Shown: piece after piece, positions 46,277 to 57,818 of the stretch
How positions within the stretch are numbered: the first letter of the stretch is position 1
How the letters are laid out: each line of letters opens with the position of its first letter
Source: an uncultured Gemmatimonadales bacterium
GTDB taxonomy: Bacteria > Gemmatimonadota > Gemmatimonadetes > Longimicrobiales > RSA9
Reading direction: 5' to 3'
Assembly: GCA_963783305.1 (NCBI GenBank)
Contig: CAWAMW010000016.1
Location: 128,001 to 192,000, forward strand
Length of the DNA stretch: 64,000 nt
Translations under genes and position numbers: made by a program
Notes under the pieces: model-generated
Told to the model about the DNA's origin: nothing
Database searches by the model: none
The model's input: the letters and a program-made list of their open reading frames with translations, nothing else

Positions 46277-48126
46277 CCGAGGCGCCCGGCCTCGTAGCGG
46301 CGGGAGAGGGCCTCCTGGGCATCGCGTATGGCGAGGAAGGCCTCTTTGAGGTGCCGGCGCTCGAGGGTCGAGAGGTGGTCGAGGACGATATCATTGGTGG
46401 GAGGGAGGCCGTCGCGGCGGTTCGCGAGCTGGGCTCGGAGGCGGAGCCGGAGGAGGAAGGCGAAGCTCTCGGCCAGGGTGTCGGCGTCTGTGGGGGAGAG
46501 GGCGCCGGCGTCGGCGGCGGAGCTGAGCCGTGCGGGAGTAGATCGGGCGTGGGCGCCGGCCGCGAGGGCGTGGATGCGTCCGATGCCGACAATGGGGATG
46601 ATCCCGTCGCGCTTGAGGTCCACCCGACCGTCGTGGTCCTTGAGTCGTCCGAAGAGTCCGAGGGGCGGCCGGAACCGGATCGAGGCGGCGGTCAGGTGGG
46701 CGAGGAAGATCTGGTTGCGGCCGGCTTCCAGCACGAGGTCCGAGAGTGGTTCGAGGGAGAGGATGCCGCGAACCCCTCGGAAGTCGAAGAGATTGGAGGC
46801 GTCCACCAGTGCCGACTCTTCCTCGAGCCGGATCCAGCTCCTGAATCGGGCGCGCCATTCATCCATGGCAAACGCCCAGCGGGTCGCCATGTAGTCGCCC
46901 TTGCAGGGCGGGAACCCGGCGCGGAGCAGCGTCTCGACCACGCGGCGGGCGAGTGCGTGGAAGTACTCGGAATCGGCGGGGTCGGCGCCCGGTGCTCCGG
47001 CGCCCGGGCTCCAGACCAGAGCGTTGTCCTGGTCGGTGAGGAGCGCCTGCTCCATTCGGCCTTCGGAGCCGAACACCAGCCATTCGTAGGGGCGCGGCGG
47101 CGGCCCCAGCTCGGACTCGGCGAGCCGGAGCGCTCCCCGGACGAGGGTATCGTTGAGGCCGGCAATGAGGCGACCGATGCGCACGGCGTCCACGCCCTGC
47201 TCGAAGAGACGCTCCACGGTGGCGGCGACGTCGTCGGCGTACCCTTCGGCGTCCTCGGGCGCGTGGAGGCGGCTGAGGCGACGCCCCAGGTGGAGGGGGC
47301 TCTGGCTCCGATGTCGGAGGAGGTCGCCGTTGCTCACCACACCGGTGATCCGCCCTTCGGTGGTCACCGCCAGGTGGTGGATCTGGTGGTGCAGCATGAA
47401 GGTCACGGCCTCGTGGATCGGGGCGGTGTCCGGGAGCGTGAGGACGGGTCGGGTCGCGATGCGGTCGAGGGGGGTCTCGGGTCCGAGACCGGCGGCCAGC
47501 ACCCGACCGCGCAGGTCCCGATCGGTAATGATCCCGGGGTCGTCGCCGGAGACCAGGACGGAGCTGATGCCCTGATCGCGCATGATGGCGGCGGCGGTGC
47601 GTACGGTCTCGTGGTCCGGGAGCCAGACGGGCTCTCCCTGCACGAGCTCCTTCACGGGCTCGGCGAACGAGGTTCCGTTGTGGGGCGGCCTCTGAACCGC
47701 CGTGCGCCGCAGTCGCTGCTGGAGGCCCTGCAGGAGGAAATCGTTCCACGCCGGGCCGTCCAGGAGGTCCACGCAGGCGTCGCCCGCGAGGCGGTAGGCC
47801 AGCGTATCCTCATCGGTGATGACATCAAAGGCGGGGGCATCGCCGGTGGTGAGGGAGGGGAACCCGAAGAGGTCCCCCTCCTCCAGCACGATCACCACCT
47901 GTCCGTCCCGTTCCAGGCGGACGGCACCCTTCCGTATGAGATACGTGTAGCGGGAAGGGTCACCTCCCTGGGTCAGGACCCGCTCGCCCCGGGGGAGGTA
48001 GGTGATCTCAGCCGACCGCACCACGCACGCCAGCGCCTCCTCGTCCAGCCCATCGAAGGGCGGATGAGAGCGGATGAACTCCAGATGGTCCGCGGGGGCC
48101 ACCGGAGGCGTAGCGCGGTCGGGCAT
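46273..48126 (-). CDS. cNMP-binding/CBS/DUF294 nucleotidyltransferase domain protein
   Basis: cNMP-binding N-terminus, CBS pair (GIITDRDLR), FGSEGRMEQALLTDQDNAL, GFPPCKG, DLKRDG. Confidence 0.92.
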   Translation of the reverse strand: MPDRATPPVAPADHLEFIRSHPPFDGLDEEALACVVRSAEITYLPRGERVLTQGGDPSRYTYLIRKGAVRLERDGQVVIVLEEGDLFGFPSLTTGDAPAFDVITDEDTLAYRLAGDACVDLLDGPAWNDFLLQGLQQRLRRTAVQRPPHNGTSFAEPVKELVQGEPVWLPDHETVRTAAAIMRDQGISSVLVSGDDPGIITDRDLRGRVLAAGLGPETPLDRIATRPVLTLPDTAPIHEAVTFMLHHQIHHLAVTTEGRITGVVSNGDLLRHRSQSPLHLGRRLSRLHAPEDAEGYADDVAATVERLFEQGVDAVRIGRLIAGLNDTLVRGALRLAESELGPPPRPYEWLVFGSEGRMEQALLTDQDNALVWSPGAGAPGADPADSEYFHALARRVVETLLRAGFPPCKGDYMATRWAFAMDEWRARFRSWIRLEEESALVDASNLFDFRGVRGILSLEPLSDLVLEAGRNQIFLAHLTAASIRFRPPLGLFGRLKDHDGRVDLKRDGIIPIVGIGRIHALAAGAHARSTPARLSSAADAGALSPTDADTLAESFAFLLRLRLRAQLANRRDGLPPTNDIVLDHLSTLERRHLKEAFLAIRDAQEALSRRYEAGRLG

Positions 48127-48141
48127 GAGAGCGGTTCGGGT

Positions 48142-49848
48142 TCAGTGTCCCACGGCGGGCGTCGGCGTCGCCACCGGGTCCTCGTGGGGGTGACGGATGC
48201 TGTCCACCAGCTCGCGGATGTGCGCGGGCGGCGGCTCGGTCATGAGGCTCACCCCGATGGTGACGGCGAAGTTGATCAGCATTCCGATGGTGCCGATCCC
48301 CTGGGCGGTGATGCCGAAGAACGAATCCACAAGGGGCGCCTCGGTCCCCAGCAGCTGGACCGACCGGTTGAGGAGGATGAAGATGGCGGTGAAGCTCAGC
48401 CCCGTCACCATCCCGGCGATCGCGCCCGGCGCGTTCGCCCGCTTCCAGAAGATGCCCAGCACGATGATCGGGAAGAAGCTGGCTGCGGCGAGACCGAAGG
48501 CGAACGCCACCACCTCCGCCACGAAGCCCGGGGGGTGGATCCCGAACCAGGCGGCCACGAACACCGCCAGCCCGATGACGATCCGACCCACCATGAGCCG
48601 CTTCGCGTCCGACGCTTCCGGGTTGATCATCTGACCGTACAGGTCGTGGGCGAACGCGCTGCTGATCACCAGCAGGAGCCCCGAGGCCGTGGACAGCGCG
48701 GCGGCCAGGCCACCCGCCGCCACCAGCGCGATGACGAACGGCGCCAGCTTCGCGATCTCCGGCAGCGCCAGGACGATGATGTCCCGGTCGATACTCGCCG
48801 CCAGGCCATTGGCGCCGAAGAGCTCGGCGGCCTGCATGATGCCATCGGCGTTGGCGTCGTTCAGCGTGATGAGCCCCGTCTGCATCCAGTTCTGGACCCA
48901 GCTCATGGCCGCCACCGTCTCGACGGGCTGATTGGCCAGCGTGTCGAGTATGTAGTACTTGGCGAACACCGCAACGGTCGGCGCCGTGGTGTAGAGGATC
49001 CCGATGAAGAGGAGCGCGAAGCCCGCCGACCAGCGCGCGGCGCTCACGCTCCGGACCGTGTAGAAGCGGACGATCACGTGGGGCAGCCCCGCCGTCCCCA
49101 CCATGAGCGCCACCGTGATGGCGAACACGTTGATCATGGACAGGTTCGCGAACGGCGAGCTGTACCCGCTCAGCCCCAGGTCCCGCGACAGCCCGTCCAG
49201 CAGCGGCAGTACCTCGCCGATGGCGATCTGCGGTACCGGGATCCCCGTCAGCACCATGGCGATGGCGATGGCCGGCACCAGGTATGCGAAGATCAGCACA
49301 CAGTACTGCGCCACCTGCGTGTACGTGATCCCCTTCATCCCGCCCCAGATGGCGTAGAAGGCCACGATCACCATCCCGATCAGCACGCCCTGCGTCACCG
49401 AGACATTCAGGAACCGGCTGAACACCACGCCCACGCCCCGCATCTGACCCGCGACGTAGGTGAAGCTCACGAAGATCGCGGCAATCACCGCCACCACACG
49501 CGCCACGTTCGAATAGTACCGGGCGTGCACGAAATCCGGGACCGTGTACTTCCCGAACTTCCGGAGGAACGGCGCCAGCAGCAGCGCCAGCAGCACGTAC
49601 CCGCCCGTCCAGCCCATGAGGTACACGCTGCCGTCCGCGCCCATGAACGCGATGAGACCCGCCATGGAGATGAAGCTCGCGGCGCTCATCCAGTCCGCTG
49701 CCGTCGCCATTCCGTTCGCGATCGGCGATACGCCCCGGCCTGCTACGTAAAAGCCCTCTGTCGTCCGCACGCGGCTCCAGAGGGCGATCCCGATGTAGAG
49801 GGCGAACGTCAGCCCCACCAGGATGAAGGTCCATGTCTGAATGGACAT
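48142..49848 (-). CDS. actP: Sodium:solute symporter, ActP-like cation/acetate symporter
   Basis: NGMATAADWMSAASF, GWTGGYVL, YVAGQM, GTAGLPH, AAALSTASGLL. Confidence 0.85.
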   Translation of the reverse strand: MSIQTWTFILVGLTFALYIGIALWSRVRTTEGFYVAGRGVSPIANGMATAADWMSAASFISMAGLIAFMGADGSVYLMGWTGGYVLLALLLAPFLRKFGKYTVPDFVHARYYSNVARVVAVIAAIFVSFTYVAGQMRGVGVVFSRFLNVSVTQGVLIGMVIVAFYAIWGGMKGITYTQVAQYCVLIFAYLVPAIAIAMVLTGIPVPQIAIGEVLPLLDGLSRDLGLSGYSSPFANLSMINVFAITVALMVGTAGLPHVIVRFYTVRSVSAARWSAGFALLFIGILYTTAPTVAVFAKYYILDTLANQPVETVAAMSWVQNWMQTGLITLNDANADGIMQAAELFGANGLAASIDRDIIVLALPEIAKLAPFVIALVAAGGLAAALSTASGLLLVISSAFAHDLYGQMINPEASDAKRLMVGRIVIGLAVFVAAWFGIHPPGFVAEVVAFAFGLAAASFFPIIVLGIFWKRANAPGAIAGMVTGLSFTAIFILLNRSVQLLGTEAPLVDSFFGITAQGIGTIGMLINFAVTIGVSLMTEPPPAHIRELVDSIRHPHEDPVATPTPAVGH

Positions 49849-49852
49849 GCGC

Positions 49853-50161
49853 CTACCCCTCCCTTCCGATGGAGCCATCCACGGGCGCACCCCCCGCGGT
49901 GTGGCCGTGGGAGTCCCGGTCCAGCCGGTCTCCCATCCAGGCGTATGCGAAGATCAGGACGATGAACACGTAGATGGACCCCTGCTGTGAGATCCAGAAC
50001 CCCAGCGGGATTCCACCCAGGCTGAACGCGTTCAGCGGCTCGACCAGCAGGATTCCCAGTACGGGCCCCACCAGGAACCAGATGGCCAGAAGCACCACGA
50101 TGCGGCGGAGCAGCCGCGACCAGGCCTCTCCGGCGGCGGCGACGTTGCGGTCCTCGTCCAT
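49853..50161 (-). CDS. DUF4212 small membrane subunit of the symporter
   Basis: LLAIWFLV, GIPLGFWISQQGSIYVF. Confidence 0.9.
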   Translation of the reverse strand: MDEDRNVAAAGEAWSRLLRRIVVLLAIWFLVGPVLGILLVEPLNAFSLGGIPLGFWISQQGSIYVFIVLIFAYAWMGDRLDRDSHGHTAGGAPVDGSIGREG

Positions 50162-50501
50162 GTCTTTCCTCCATGTTCAGGATGAGCGAGCGCGCCGGGT
50201 GTCGGCCGCGAGCACGTCGCGCGCACACCCTGACGCAGGGTCAACATCGGGGGGACCCTGCTTCTGCTCTCGCTGTTGGTGGATCGGATCCGGCGGAACT
50301 GCAACCGGGCACCCATGTATTCACTTCCGAGTGTTCCAATACAGTAGGGCGCCACGACCGATGTGTGTAGGGAAAAATCTGCGGCCCTCCCCCGAGCACT
50401 GTCGGGATTCTCCCCACACGCCTCCTTCCGACCGGTGCCGGTTTCGCCGTTTTCGGGAACGGTTATGTTGACCCGGCGATCAACTCGACCCGGGTGGGGA
50501 C

Positions 50502-51821
50502 GTGAGCGAAAGGGAGCGGCGCAGCGCGCGCTCAATCCTGCTGTTCTGGCTGCCGCTGGCGGCCACGTGGATGATGATGGCGGTGGAGGGGCCGTTCCTC
50601 GCGGCGGTCATCGCGCGTCTGGCGGATCCGAAGTTCAACCTGGCGGCGCACGGTGTGGCGTTCGCGTTCGCGATCCTGATCGAGGCGCCGGTGATCATGC
50701 TGATGAGCGCCTCGACGGCACTGGTGGAGGACGCGAAGACGTACCGTCGTCTGCGGAACTTCGCGAACGTGCTGAACGCGGGCGCGACAGCGGTGCTGCT
50801 GCTGGTGCTGATCCCGGGGGTGTACGGCGGCCTGATGGAAGGGTTGATCGGGCTCCCGCCGGAGGTGGCGCGGCTGACGTACGGCGCGCTGTGGATCCTG
50901 CTGCCATGGCCGGCGGCGATCGGGTATCGGCGGTTCCTGCACGGGCTGTTGATCCGATCGGGTCGGACGCGACTGGTGGCGATCGGCACGATGCTGCGGC
51001 TCGTGGGGATGAGCGGTACGGCGCTGACGCTGTTCCTGACTACGGACCTGCCCGGCGCGTGGGTGGGTGCGGGAGCGCTGTCGGCGGGGGTGGTGACGGA
51101 GGCGGTGGCGGCGCGCTTCATGGCGCTGGGAACAGTGCGTGAGCTTCTGGCGCGGGAGCGCGGAGTCGACGACGACTCCCCGGCCCACGACGGCTACCGC
51201 GCTATCGCGGTGTTCTACTACCCGCTGGCGCTCACGTCCGTGATCGGTCTGACGGTGCAGCCGATGCTGACGTTCTTCATGGGGCGGGCGCCGGCGCCGA
51301 TCGAGTCGCTGGCGGTGTTCCCGGTGGTGCATTCGCTGTCGTTCCTCTTCCGCGCCATCGGGCTGAGCTTCCAGGAGGCGGCCATCGCGCTCATGGGGAA
51401 GCGCTTCGAGCACTACCCGGAGCTGGCGCGGTTTGCGCTGTGGCTGGGGATCGGGGCGTCGAGCGCCTTTGCGCTGGTGGCCTTCACGCCGCTGCTGGAC
51501 TTCTGGTTCATCACGGTGTCCGGGCTGCCGCCGGAGCTCGCGGCGTTCGCCATCACGCCCACGCGAATCATGGCGCCGCTCCCGGCGCTGAGTGTGCTGC
51601 TCTCGTTCCAGCGGGCGATCCTGGTGCAGGGCCGACGGACCCGCCCCATCACCATCGCGACGGTGATCGAGGTGGTCACGATCGCCGCGCTCTTCCCGCT
51701 CTTCGGTTGGGGGATGGGGATGGTAGGCGTGACGGCCGCGGTCATCGCGTTCGTGGTCGGCCGGGTGGGCGGCGTCACATTCCTGCTGGGCAAGACGGGC
51801 TCGACGCGCCGCCGGATCTGA
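50502..51821 (+). CDS. MATE/ANKH-like multi-pass transporter
   Basis: FWLPLAATWMMMAVEGP and the internal repeat FYYPLALTS; about 12 TM segments. Confidence 0.75.
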   Translation: MSERERRSARSILLFWLPLAATWMMMAVEGPFLAAVIARLADPKFNLAAHGVAFAFAILIEAPVIMLMSASTALVEDAKTYRRLRNFANVLNAGATAVLLLVLIPGVYGGLMEGLIGLPPEVARLTYGALWILLPWPAAIGYRRFLHGLLIRSGRTRLVAIGTMLRLVGMSGTALTLFLTTDLPGAWVGAGALSAGVVTEAVAARFMALGTVRELLARERGVDDDSPAHDGYRAIAVFYYPLALTSVIGLTVQPMLTFFMGRAPAPIESLAVFPVVHSLSFLFRAIGLSFQEAAIALMGKRFEHYPELARFALWLGIGASSAFALVAFTPLLDFWFITVSGLPPELAAFAITPTRIMAPLPALSVLLSFQRAILVQGRRTRPITIATVIEVVTIAALFPLFGWGMGMVGVTAAVIAFVVGRVGGVTFLLGKTGSTRRRI

Positions 51822-51911
51822 GCGGGGACGACCGCTGTCCCCGGGCCGGGATCCGCCATAGCTTCGACGAGAGTGCATCGACGACTCGGGAACGGACGAG
51901 GGGCAGGGACC

Positions 51912-52892
51912 ATGGAGTACACGCGACTGGGTGAGACGGATCTCGAGGTATCACGGATCGGCCTCGGCACGTGGCAACTCAGCGGGCAGTGGGGCGCCGT
52001 GGAGGAGCAGGAGGCGGAATCGGCGATCCGCAGGGCGCTGGACCTCGGGATCAACTTCTTCGACACCGCCCAGGCGTACGGCTTCGGCGCCTCCGAGGAG
52101 CGGCTCTCGCGAGCGTTGCGGGACGAGATCCGCACGGACCGCGACTCGGTGGTGCTGGCCACCAAGGGTGGGCTCCGGCCGGTGGAGGGCGGCGAGATCG
52201 CCCGGGACGCGGGCCGGGACTGGCTCCGGCAGGGGCTGGAAGCGAGTCTCAAGCACCTGGGCACCGACCATATCGACGTCTACCAGGTGCACTGGCCAGA
52301 CCCGGCGACGCCCGCGGAGGAGACCGCGAGCATTCTCCAGGAGTTCCTGGACGAGGGCAAGGTCCGCTACGTGGGGGTGTCCAATTACAGCGCCCGCCAG
52401 ATGCACGAGCTGGAGCGGCACCTGAAGATCGACACGCTGCAGCCGCCCTACCACATCTTCCGACGTGACATCGAGAAGCATGTGCTGCCGTACTGCGAGG
52501 CGCACGGCATCGGCACGCTCGTCTATGGGCCGCTGGCGCACGGGCTGCTCGGCGGGAAGTACGACGAGGACACGACGTTCGACGCGGACGACTGGCGGAG
52601 CCAGAGCTCGGCGTTCACCGGCGAGGTGTTTGCGCACAACCTCGAGGTGGTCGAGCGACTGAAGAAGTTCGCCTTCGACCGCGACCTGACCGTGGCGCAG
52701 GTAGCGATCGGGTGGGTGCTGGCGCACCCGGGCGTGGACGTGGCGCTCGTCGGGGCGCGGCGAGCCGAGCAGGTGGACGGCACCGCCGAGGCCGGCGACC
52801 TTTTCCTCGACCCCGAGGAGCTGGAGGAGATCGCGGAGCTCATCGACGACGCGATCGAGATCGGCGGGGCGACGCCCGAGGGCATCGACTGA
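51912..52892 (+). CDS. Aldo/keto reductase
   Basis: IGLGTW, FFDTAQAYG, ATK, YQVHWPD, GVSN, YGPLAHGLL. Confidence 0.93.
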   Translation: MEYTRLGETDLEVSRIGLGTWQLSGQWGAVEEQEAESAIRRALDLGINFFDTAQAYGFGASEERLSRALRDEIRTDRDSVVLATKGGLRPVEGGEIARDAGRDWLRQGLEASLKHLGTDHIDVYQVHWPDPATPAEETASILQEFLDEGKVRYVGVSNYSARQMHELERHLKIDTLQPPYHIFRRDIEKHVLPYCEAHGIGTLVYGPLAHGLLGGKYDEDTTFDADDWRSQSSAFTGEVFAHNLEVVERLKKFAFDRDLTVAQVAIGWVLAHPGVDVALVGARRAEQVDGTAEAGDLFLDPEELEEIAELIDDAIEIGGATPEGID

Positions 52893-52903
52893 CGCATGGC
52901 ACC

Positions 52904-53518
52904 ATGAGCGGGGAGAGGTACGCGGTCCCGGGCGGCAGGCATCGCGTGGAGGAGAGCATCCGCCGGAGCCGGTTCATCACCACGGTCGCCCGGGCGGCAT
53001 CCGGGGACGACGCCCATGCGTTCATCGAGGAGATCCGCCGCGAGTTCGCCGATGCGACGCACAACTGCTGGGCGTTCGCCGCTGGTCCTCCCGGGGCCAC
53101 CGCCGATGTGGGCATGAGCGATGACGGGGAGCCGCACGGTACGGCCGGGCGGCCCATGCTGGAGGCGCTGCTGCATTCGGGCGTGGGTGAGATCGCGGCC
53201 GTCGTCACCCGCTACTACGGCGGCGTGAAGCTGGGGAAGGGGGGGCTCCAGCGGGCGTACTCGGGCGGAGTCCAGCGGGCGCTGGAGTCGATGCCGCGCG
53301 CGGAGCGCGTCCGGCGGGTCGCGGTGTGGGTGGCCGTGGAGTACGGCGCCCGTGATCCCGTCGAGCGCACGGCGGCCGAGCTCGATGCCCTCCTCCTCGT
53401 CGAGGAGTACGGCGCGGAGGTCCGGCTGAAGGTGGGCGTCCCCGAGGGCCGCCTCGAGGAGTTTCGCCGTGCCGTCGCGGAGGTCACGTCGGGGCGCGGC
53501 CGGGTGGAGCCCGCGTAG
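52904..53518 (+). CDS. IMPACT/YigZ family protein
   Basis: SRFI, ATHNCWA, SDDGEPHGTAGRPML, VVTRYYGGVKLGKGGL. Confidence 0.92.
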   Translation: MSGERYAVPGGRHRVEESIRRSRFITTVARAASGDDAHAFIEEIRREFADATHNCWAFAAGPPGATADVGMSDDGEPHGTAGRPMLEALLHSGVGEIAAVVTRYYGGVKLGKGGLQRAYSGGVQRALESMPRAERVRRVAVWVAVEYGARDPVERTAAELDALLLVEEYGAEVRLKVGVPEGRLEEFRRAVAEVTSGRGRVEPA

Positions 53519-53558
53519 CGCTCCACCCGGCTCGCGAAGAGCCGACATGGGGAGTTGC

Positions 53559-55145
53559 TCAGCCGCCGGTTTCGAACACCTCCTCGATCGGAATGATGGT
53601 GATGTCGTCCTCCGTGACCGGGATCGGGTACCGCGCGATCTCCCGGTCCTCCTCCAGCACCGACTCCGGCTGCGGGCCGGCGTAGGTGATGTTGGTCGGC
53701 TCACCGCTCAGCAGCTTCCGCTTCAACCCCTCCGCGTCCTGCGTGATAAAGACGAGGTACATGTTCCCCGCCTGGAGGTGACGCCGGATGGCGGCGTTGA
53801 CCGTCTCGGTGTCCAGCGCGTCGAGACCCGGACGGAGGGACGCGAGGTAGCCGGGATCCTCAATGCCGTAGAAGGCGTCGTCCATCGCGTATGCCAGTCG
53901 CCGGCTGATGGTGTTGCCCCAGTTCACCGTGAAGTTCCGAAGGAACGCGACGGTCTCTCCTACGCGCTCGTCGTCCAGCCCCTGAGCGGCGAGGATATCG
54001 AGCTCCCGCAGCGCCGCGCGGGTAGCGAAGAGCGTGCGGTCGTGGAGGTTGCCCGGCTCCGTGAGGGCGATGGGCCGGATCCAGATTTCGAAGAGCTGGC
54101 TCCGACGCGCGACGTTGGTGCGAGGCTGCTGTGTCGCGAAGCCGGCGGGGAACGCCTCGATATAGGAGTAGTCGCCGTAGTTCATCCCGCGCGTGTCCCG
54201 GATCACCTGATAGAGGTGACTGAAGGAGTTGCGGTGTTCGCCGAACCACGAGTTGGCGGTGAGCATGGCGATGAAGTCGTCATCGCCGCGCTGAAGCTCG
54301 ATGGGGAACCCCAGGGAGATGGCGCTGGCGTCTGTCTGCTTTTCGACGATGAGCACCTTCATGCCGTCAGGCATGGTAGGCTCGGGTGCCGGAAGCTCTG
54401 GAGCCGTTCCGGCCGGCAGCGACCGGTCGAAGTCGGTGCGCACCCGCACGGGAAAGCCCGCGGGATACCCGCCGCCGACGCCCACCACGACGTTGTCCCG
54501 CACATAGTTGTCGCGGTAGAACGAACGAACGTCATCCAGGGTGATGGACTTTACGCTCTGGACGTACCCGTCTTCGGGGTGCTCGTACGACGTTCCCTGG
54601 TACGCCATTGAGAAGAGCAGCTCTTTCGAGAGCTCTTCGTCCCGGCTGTAGCGGCGGCTCCGCTCGAGGGCATTCAGCGTCTGCGACTTGATCCGCTCGA
54701 AGTCTTCCGGGTTGAACGCCGGCTCCAGGATCGCCGCCCGGAAGAGGTCGTAATATGCCTCCAGATTGTCCTCGTGGATCCGCCCGGTGAACGTGGTCAT
54801 CTCCTTGTCCACCGACGTGCCGTAGCCAGCCGCCATGGGGTACAGCGCTTCCAGGATCTCCTGATAGCTGCGGTCCACGGTGGCGCCGTCGGAGAGGAGG
54901 CTCGCGGTCAGTGCCGCCAGCCCTTCCTTCCCGGCGGGGTCGTTCTGGGATCCACTCCGCACCCACACGTTGAACGCGATGAAGGGCGATTCGGGCTCCT
55001 CCAGCATGATCAGCCGGGGGACGTCCATCGTCTCCTCCATCCCGGTGGGGGTGACCTCCGGCTCCGCGGCGGGAGCCTCCGTCTGCTGCATGCCGCCGGC
55101 GCAGCCGGTGAGAGCCAGCGCGGCGAGTATGGTCAGTCGTTTCAT
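53559..55145 (-). CDS. M16 peptidase, inactive partner subunit (lipoprotein)
   Basis: Lipobox LTGC; GSQNDPAGKEGLAALTASLL with no HxxEH; RGMNYG. Confidence 0.85.
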   Translation of the reverse strand: MKRLTILAALALTGCAGGMQQTEAPAAEPEVTPTGMEETMDVPRLIMLEEPESPFIAFNVWVRSGSQNDPAGKEGLAALTASLLSDGATVDRSYQEILEALYPMAAGYGTSVDKEMTTFTGRIHEDNLEAYYDLFRAAILEPAFNPEDFERIKSQTLNALERSRRYSRDEELSKELLFSMAYQGTSYEHPEDGYVQSVKSITLDDVRSFYRDNYVRDNVVVGVGGGYPAGFPVRVRTDFDRSLPAGTAPELPAPEPTMPDGMKVLIVEKQTDASAISLGFPIELQRGDDDFIAMLTANSWFGEHRNSFSHLYQVIRDTRGMNYGDYSYIEAFPAGFATQQPRTNVARRSQLFEIWIRPIALTEPGNLHDRTLFATRAALRELDILAAQGLDDERVGETVAFLRNFTVNWGNTISRRLAYAMDDAFYGIEDPGYLASLRPGLDALDTETVNAAIRRHLQAGNMYLVFITQDAEGLKRKLLSGEPTNITYAGPQPESVLEEDREIARYPIPVTEDDITIIPIEEVFETGG

Positions 55146-55149
55146 ATCG

Positions 55150-56493
<1,344 letters not shown>

Positions 56494-56835
56494 GCCTTCA
56501 GCCTTTCTGAAGTTCTTGGTGGGGGCTTCTTGCAAGGAACGTAGGGCAGGGGGCCGGTGAGTGGCAATCGCCCGCGGTGGCGGAGCGGGCGGTCGCCGGA
56601 GGGGCCCGGGGAGTCAGAACCGGGTCGCCCTCTGATGCTGTTCGCGGGAACTGTTGGTTTCACAGCTTCCGCCCGTTGCCACCCAGACGCATCGGGCCGC
56701 CGTCGTCCTTCCCGTGCGGCCCAACTCCGCCCCCCCCCCTCCCCCCCGAAGTCCGCACCACCCACCCCCCCCGCCCCTGTCGGTCGGAGGCGGGTATCCG
56801 GTGTGGGGCCGGTGGGCCTCGGTCTCGTGTGTTGT

Positions 56836-57693
56836 TCAGCCGGCCGCCCCGGAGCCGGGGCCGGACTGGCGGAACCAGGTCAGATAATGATCGAGATACC
56901 GGCTTGCGACACCGCGAAATCGCTTCAACCATCTCCGGAAGCGAACGAACCACAGCGGCGGCGGCTCCGGCCCTTGCTGGCGCAATTGTGACCATGTGGC
57001 CACTCCGGTGAGCGGGTCCCCCAGCTCGAGATCGAGAGCTAGGGCGACTCGCTTGAAGAGGGTGCGGCGGTAAGGGCGCGCGTGCAGGGTCGCGTCGGAT
57101 CGCACGTGCTCCCGGAAGAAACGTACGACGGCAGCCGCCCCCGGCTGAGGCAGCCCCAGGGAGCGCGCGTACGTCCGCCGCCCCTCGTCGCAGGCGATGG
57201 CGATCCAGACAGGATCAGTTTCCGACGCGAACCCCTCGAATCGTCTCTTTCTGGGCGGTCGGAGCAGGCGCCGCGAGCCTTTTTCCGAGTGCGCAAGCCA
57301 GCCTATGCCGACGCTGACGTGGCCACTCAGTTCCACCGAATCGGCCGCAAGCAGATCGGCGAGCAGACGATGCCGCCAGCGAAAGCTCGTACTGAGATGG
57401 ATCCCGAGCTCGTGAGCGACGGTGCGGAGAGTCGGTGTCGTGGGGGCCATGCGGCAGAACACGGGCCAGAGTTGAAGGTGCTTGAGGTAGGCGAGGGGCG
57501 TCCCGGTGAGGTCGCTGAACGTGCGTCCACAGCCGCTGCACCGGTACCGTCGTCTGTCGCCGAACCGGCCCCAGCGCTGGACGCGGCGGTGCGCACAGCG
57601 AGGGCAGCGCAGTCCGCGCCGGAAGCGGATTTTGCGGAATCGGTCGAGCGGAAAAGGATCGGGTGCGGGCGTGTGGGATTGATAGGCCGTCAT
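56836..57693 (-). CDS. IS1595-like transposase with Zn ribbon and HTH, DDE residues apparently lost
   Basis: CPRC...RYRCSGCGRTFSDLTGTPL, HTH (VAHELGIHLSTSFRWRHRLL), SEKGSR, RFRGVASRYLDHYLTWF. Confidence 0.8.
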   Translation of the reverse strand: MTAYQSHTPAPDPFPLDRFRKIRFRRGLRCPRCAHRRVQRWGRFGDRRRYRCSGCGRTFSDLTGTPLAYLKHLQLWPVFCRMAPTTPTLRTVAHELGIHLSTSFRWRHRLLADLLAADSVELSGHVSVGIGWLAHSEKGSRRLLRPPRKRRFEGFASETDPVWIAIACDEGRRTYARSLGLPQPGAAAVVRFFREHVRSDATLHARPYRRTLFKRVALALDLELGDPLTGVATWSQLRQQGPEPPPLWFVRFRRWLKRFRGVASRYLDHYLTWFRQSGPGSGAAG

Positions 57694-57761
57694 GCCCCAT
57701 GGATGAGGCGTTGTGCGGGGCGATGGAATGGCCCGGTGGGACGGGAAGTCGATGCGAGGCG

Positions 57762-57818
57762 GGATGGAGGACCGCTCGGGGATGGGGGGATCGCTCGAGG
57801 ATGGAGGACCGCTCGGGG
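57762..57818. repeat. Three ~18-19 bp tandem direct repeats inside the right end of the IS
   Basis: ggatggaggaccgctcgg / ggatggggggatcgctcga / ggatggaggaccgctcgg. Confidence 0.8.

Noticed and set aside
46207..49965. 1252-aa plus-strand ORF and many other long overlapping ORFs (e.g. 13375-15573, 37940-40366, 16954-18993)
   Set aside because: These are antisense or alternate-frame shadows of well-supported genes in high-GC DNA, with Arg/Pro/Gly-rich composition and no motifs.
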